From: Anthoceros angustus
Lineage: Eukaryota; Plantae; Anthocerotophyta
Assembly (NCBI GenBank): GCA_010909165.1
Contig: MU008172.1
Location: forward strand, 806,001-870,000
Length of the DNA: 64,000 nt
Direction of reading: 5' to 3'
Of this stretch, positions 59,992-64,000 are shown in pieces. Made by a program: the position numbers and the translations under genes. The notes below the pieces were generated by a model, which saw nothing but the letters and a program-made list of their open reading frames with translations, was not told where the DNA came from and did not search any database. Within the stretch, counting starts at the first letter, position 1; each line of letters opens with the position of its first letter.

Positions 59992-60880
59992 TGCGGCACG
60001 GAACGCGGAGGCCGGCCTCCGCTCCCCCGTCAGCCGAGGGCGGGAAGAAGCCGGGTGCGCGCTTGCCCTTGCTGTCGCCTTTGCGCCTGCGTTTCCACTC
60101 CCGCTTCTTGCGACTGCGCCTGCGCCTGCGCCGCCATGGTTGGAGCCCGAAAACGCAGACTACGTTCGAGCGCGGCTGCAGAGGCAAGGAAGGGCGGGGA
60201 TGCGAATGGAACAGGGACTGGGAGTGCGAGGAAGGAGATATGGACGCTCACACCCCACGCAGCTGCCGCCGGTGCGCCATTTCGCAGAGGCCTCATTTTC
60301 GTTTGATTGCGGGCCGAATGAAGCCTGATTCATCGATTCTCGCTCCGGGCAGTTGGCTCATGACTAGAGGGCAGTGGACACGTGTAGTGCGGGCATGGAC
60401 AAGGGTTTGCAATCCCCTCACTTCGGCATGTAGCGCCTCGTGGTCATGGCATCCGCGTAGGCCTGCTGTCGTATGGATGCCCATCTGCCAGCCGCCTTTT
60501 TCAGGGTCGTTTGCAGCAGGCACGCAAAGGCGATAAACGAAGAAAGGAAGGGTGGCCCCAGCGACCAACAACCGCCCAACTCGTGGAGTCAGGGGCCATT
60601 ACATTTCGCGCAGCATGCACGGGTTCGCACGGTCCAAGACGCAGGCAAGGCCAAACTACTTTTTGCAGGCCCACTCGCAGTCTGGCAGCAACATGAAATC
60701 TGCATCCCATTCTGGCACTGGCTACAGTCTTGACCAGAGCACTAGACGCGTGCGAGTGACAAATCTGGGCCGCCGTGGCACACTCTTAACTCTTCCACGA
60801 CGCACACTTCAAGACATGCCAACACTCAAGCCACGAGCCTGCCACCGCCGCTGACGGCACTACCATGTCGACGGAGCTTA

Positions 60881-63493
60881 TTACAGCTCACCTGCTGACT
60901 CTGCCTGGAGCATCTGCTGGAGGCGCGATATCAAGCGATTCCCCGCAACTTGGTCCGCCCATCCCGCACATATCTCCAGCATCTCGCAAACCCTCATCCT
61001 CTCCACTTCGATGCCCTGCCTCGACATCCTGTCCATCAGGACTACAGCTTCCTCGCACTTCCCTATTCTGACGTAGCCCTCGATCAGGCCACCCCATGCA
61101 CCGGCATCTCGGGTGCCAGTCTTCTCCAACAGCTGCCGGGCCTCCTCCATGCTTCCACATGTGGCGAACATGTTGATAGCGGCGTTGGTTACGGTCGCGT
61201 GTTCCTCCAGGCCCAGCTTGCTCATGTAAGCAAGGAGCTTCCGGCCCTTCTTCACATCCCCCAGTTTGCCACACAAGTCGAGCAGTGCGATGCAAGTGGG
61301 CTTGTCCATGTCCAACCCCCTATCCTGCATCTCGCCCGCCAGCTCTAGAGCCTTGCTGTTGTGATCGGGGTGCTCCATGCAACTGGATAGCAGGGCAGTG
61401 TAGCATTTCTGCTGCTTGTATCCCATCTTTGCGAATGCTGCCAGGGCATCCTTCACGTGCCCACATTTAGCGTACATATCCACCACAGCATTTTCCAACT
61501 GAGCATTTGATTCCAGCCCACTTTTACGAAACTCTTCGTGGGTTTGCCTGCCCTGTTGGACATCCTTCAGTCTCGCACACAGCTTCAAGATGCACACAAA
61601 GATGCCAACGTCTGGCTTGATGGATTCCCCTTGCATTTGCTTCAGAGCATCAAATGCTTCCCTGCCCTCCTCGTGTTCAGCATATCCAACAATCAGTGCT
61701 CCCCAGGCCACAACATCCCGACTGCTTAACCGCTCAAACGCTACTCTTGCTTCCTTCATGCTTCCGCACTTTGAATACATGTCCACCAACGCGGTTGCTA
61801 CAAACATGTCCGTCTCCCATCCACGTCGCCTAACTTCATCATGAACTTCTCTTCCTGTTCCCAGCGCTGCCAGATGTGCACATGCTGTCAGGGTGCTCAC
61901 GAACGTCACCTGGTCTGGCGCTGTGCGCTCCTGCACCATGCACCTGTACAGCCACACAGCCTCGTCATTCCGCTTGTGCTGGACATACGCTGCAATCATG
62001 GCATTCCAAACTGCAACATCCCGCTGCTTTACCTTGTCGAACACTAAAATTGCGTCATCCACACATCCACAGGTAGCATACATCTCTATAAGACTAGTAC
62101 CGAGGTACGTGTCTATTTTGTATTCCGTTCTATTCACCTCCGCATGAATCTGCCTCCCCTGGTCCACTGCATCAAGGATGGCACACGCCTTCAGCCCAGT
62201 AACGAGCGCCACCTTATCTGGCTTTATCCCTTTCTGCTGCATCTGCCAGAACAGGGTTAATGCTTGCACTCCATGCTCATTCTGACAATATGCAGAAATC
62301 ATTGCTGTCCATGCCACCACATCACGCTCCTTCACCTGCTCAAACACCCTCTGTGCATCCTCTATGCTTGCACACTTGCCATACATGTCGACAAGAGAAC
62401 TCGCAACATGAACATTGCAGTCAAGCCCACGATGCACTACCTCTGCGTGGATCTGCCTGCCCCTCTCCATGGCACCTAATCTTCCGCAAGCTGTAATGAC
62501 ACTTGAATATGTGAATGCGTCTGGCAATACCCTCTTCAAGCGCATCTCTTCAAACAAGTCCAGCGCAGCAGCGTCTTGCCCATGTTCCGCATACCCTGCA
62601 ATCATCAAGTTCCATCCCAAAACTGTAGGAGCAGACATACTCTCAAACACAAGGCGGGCATCATCCATACCACCACATCTTGCAAACAGCTGAATGCTGC
62701 TGCTGGCGACAGCCTCATGAGCGTCTAAACCACACCTCAAGATGTGATCCCAGATGCACCTGCCGCGCTCCAACTCTCCCAAACTGGCACATGCCTTGAG
62801 CACCCCCAGAAAAGTACACTCGTTTGGCTCCACTCCTGCACAGACCATCTGCTGATACAAGTTGACGGCCTCTTCACCCCGTCCATGATCAGCATTGCCT
62901 TCTATCATGACATTCCAGGAAAACACGTCCCTCGTAGGCAGCTCGTCGAACACTTGCCTGGCATCACAGAGGCAGCCGCACTCTGCATACATGCGAACAA
63001 GGGATTTGTTAAGAAACACGTTGGACTGATACCCCGACTTAACCAGGTGAAGATGCACCCCCCTGCCATCTGATGCTCGTCTCAGTCTAGTACACCCTTG
63101 CAGCAGACAGTCATACATCTTGATGGAAGGCCGGACTCCTTGCTGCCGCAACTGTTCCACCCGATCAAGCGCCTCCTGCAAACGCCCTTCCTGGCAAAGC
63201 CCGCGCAAAACCTCGATATCCAAGAACACTCCAGGCCCCTCACTCCCGCTGGCCTTCTCACCGGAGCCATTCTCAGGCCCCCTGGTGTCCCGCCCTGCAG
63301 ATCCGCCAAACGACTTCACTCCATTCTTACGTGCACGTTTCATGAGACGTAGACTGATACCCTGATTGCAAGGAATACTCAGCACACAAGAGCACGAAGT
63401 GGAGCCTAAGCGGTGCCATCCATCCTGCCTGAGCCTGGTGGTAGCTGCCGAATATGGCAGCCCGAATCTTCCTGTTGTTGCTGTGCCTGCCAT
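60881..63493 (-). CDS. PLS-class pentatricopeptide repeat protein, single exon, no recognisable E/DYW domain
   Basis: Repeating P-L-S triplets (SLVDMYGKCASIEDAQRVFEQV / RDVVAWTAMISAY / PDKVALVTGLKAC). N-terminus resembles an organellar targeting peptide. Confidence 0.93.
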   Translation of the reverse strand: MAGTATTGRFGLPYSAATTRLRQDGWHRLGSTSCSCVLSIPCNQGISLRLMKRARKNGVKSFGGSAGRDTRGPENGSGEKASGSEGPGVFLDIEVLRGLCQEGRLQEALDRVEQLRQQGVRPSIKMYDCLLQGCTRLRRASDGRGVHLHLVKSGYQSNVFLNKSLVRMYAECGCLCDARQVFDELPTRDVFSWNVMIEGNADHGRGEEAVNLYQQMVCAGVEPNECTFLGVLKACASLGELERGRCIWDHILRCGLDAHEAVASSSIQLFARCGGMDDARLVFESMSAPTVLGWNLMIAGYAEHGQDAAALDLFEEMRLKRVLPDAFTYSSVITACGRLGAMERGRQIHAEVVHRGLDCNVHVASSLVDMYGKCASIEDAQRVFEQVKERDVVAWTAMISAYCQNEHGVQALTLFWQMQQKGIKPDKVALVTGLKACAILDAVDQGRQIHAEVNRTEYKIDTYLGTSLIEMYATCGCVDDAILVFDKVKQRDVAVWNAMIAAYVQHKRNDEAVWLYRCMVQERTAPDQVTFVSTLTACAHLAALGTGREVHDEVRRRGWETDMFVATALVDMYSKCGSMKEARVAFERLSSRDVVAWGALIVGYAEHEEGREAFDALKQMQGESIKPDVGIFVCILKLCARLKDVQQGRQTHEEFRKSGLESNAQLENAVVDMYAKCGHVKDALAAFAKMGYKQQKCYTALLSSCMEHPDHNSKALELAGEMQDRGLDMDKPTCIALLDLCGKLGDVKKGRKLLAYMSKLGLEEHATVTNAAINMFATCGSMEEARQLLEKTGTRDAGAWGGLIEGYVRIGKCEEAVVLMDRMSRQGIEVERMRVCEMLEICAGWADQVAGNRLISRLQQMLQAESAGEL

Positions 63494-63674
63494 TCGACAT
63501 CCGCTCTCCGGGTGCCATATGCTGCTACCTCACACCTAACCTCCGTCTTGGCGATGACGGGACGCGAAATTCTGAAGCTCCGGCATTTCCAGGATCGGGG
63601 GCGGGGACGTTCTTGTGATCTTGTGCAAAGGGTGTGGCAAACCCCAAACCCTACCAAAGCTTTATTAAAGAGGA

Positions 63675-64000
63675 TCAAAGGAGGAAGGGGACCATTGCCG
63701 CCCGGTTGCGCGGGTACTCTTTGAATTCCTGACGATACCATTGATGTGTCTCCAGCGCAACGACGGAGAGGTTGCCCACGACCCACGCCAAGATGAGCCA
63801 GATGATGGCGTCTCGGCCGCCGCTGACGATGAGCAGACCCACGTAGATGACAATCTCAGCCAAGTAGTGCGGGGATGAGACCAGCTGGAACCAGTCTCCT
63901 CTGGGGATGCTGTACCTGCTGCTGCTGCTGTCGTCCTTCCGGCGGAGGGAAGCCAGTATCACGTGGCAACGGTACTGATGCAGGAAGCCCCACAAACACA
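63675..64000 (-). CDS. Polyprenol reductase (SRD5A3/PPRD), 3' part only
   Basis: HQYRCHVILASLR, YSIPRGDWFQLVSSPHYLAEIVIY, THQWY...FKEYPRNRAAMVPF. Gene continues beyond the window. Confidence 0.9.
   Translation of the reverse strand, partial: CLWGFLHQYRCHVILASLRRKDDSSSSRYSIPRGDWFQLVSSPHYLAEIVIYVGLLIVSGGRDAIIWLILAWVVGNLSVVALETHQWYRQEFKEYPRNRAAMVPFLL

Noticed and set aside
1790-64000. ALG11 and polyprenol reductase as a dolichol/N-glycosylation cluster
   Set aside because: About 60 kb apart with many unrelated genes between them.
1-64000. snRNA, snoRNA, conserved miRNA and U12-type introns
   Set aside because: By eye I saw no U1/U2/U6 cores, no conserved miRNA sequences and no sense-strand RTATCCTT donors. 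An Infernal/Rfam scan is needed to exclude them.

Overview
Gene-dense nuclear DNA from a compact land-plant genome. The short (mostly 60-200 bp) introns, roughly 50% GC genes and PLS-class PPR suggest a bryophyte such as a hornwort; this is inference, not an identification. I can support 21 protein-coding genes: SEC13, ALG11, an F-box/LRR, CHR19/ETL1, a BPP-type microtubule protein, plastid PPDK, two F-box/kelch-type genes, a legumin-like bicupin, a PAP2 lipid phosphate phosphatase, RSM22/METTL17, NRAMP, RPL24, DPH7, PBF1, EI24, a purple acid phosphatase, JJJ1, a PADRE/DUF4228 protein, a PLS PPR and the 3' end of polyprenol reductase. There is also one tRNA-Ala(AGC). Two AT-rich islands stand out. 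The first (about 15.0-18.2 kb) holds a 540-bp pogo/Tc1-mariner-type MITE with TA target duplication, nested in older repeats. The second (about 31.0-34.3 kb) holds an AT-rich F-box gene that needs a GC-AG intron. A 4-kb interval (3.85-7.79 kb) is rich in simple repeats and has no recognisable gene. I did not find a convincing new multi-gene system. The best leads are gene-level oddities: an intronless NRAMP1-type gene, a legumin-like cupin with a signal peptide, tandem GC splice donors, an intron apparently born by tandem duplication, a DYW-less PPR 181 bp behind another gene, and the orphan interval with tandem P1BS boxes and candidate uORFs. Exon boundaries were read by eye and homologies are from recall, not database searches.
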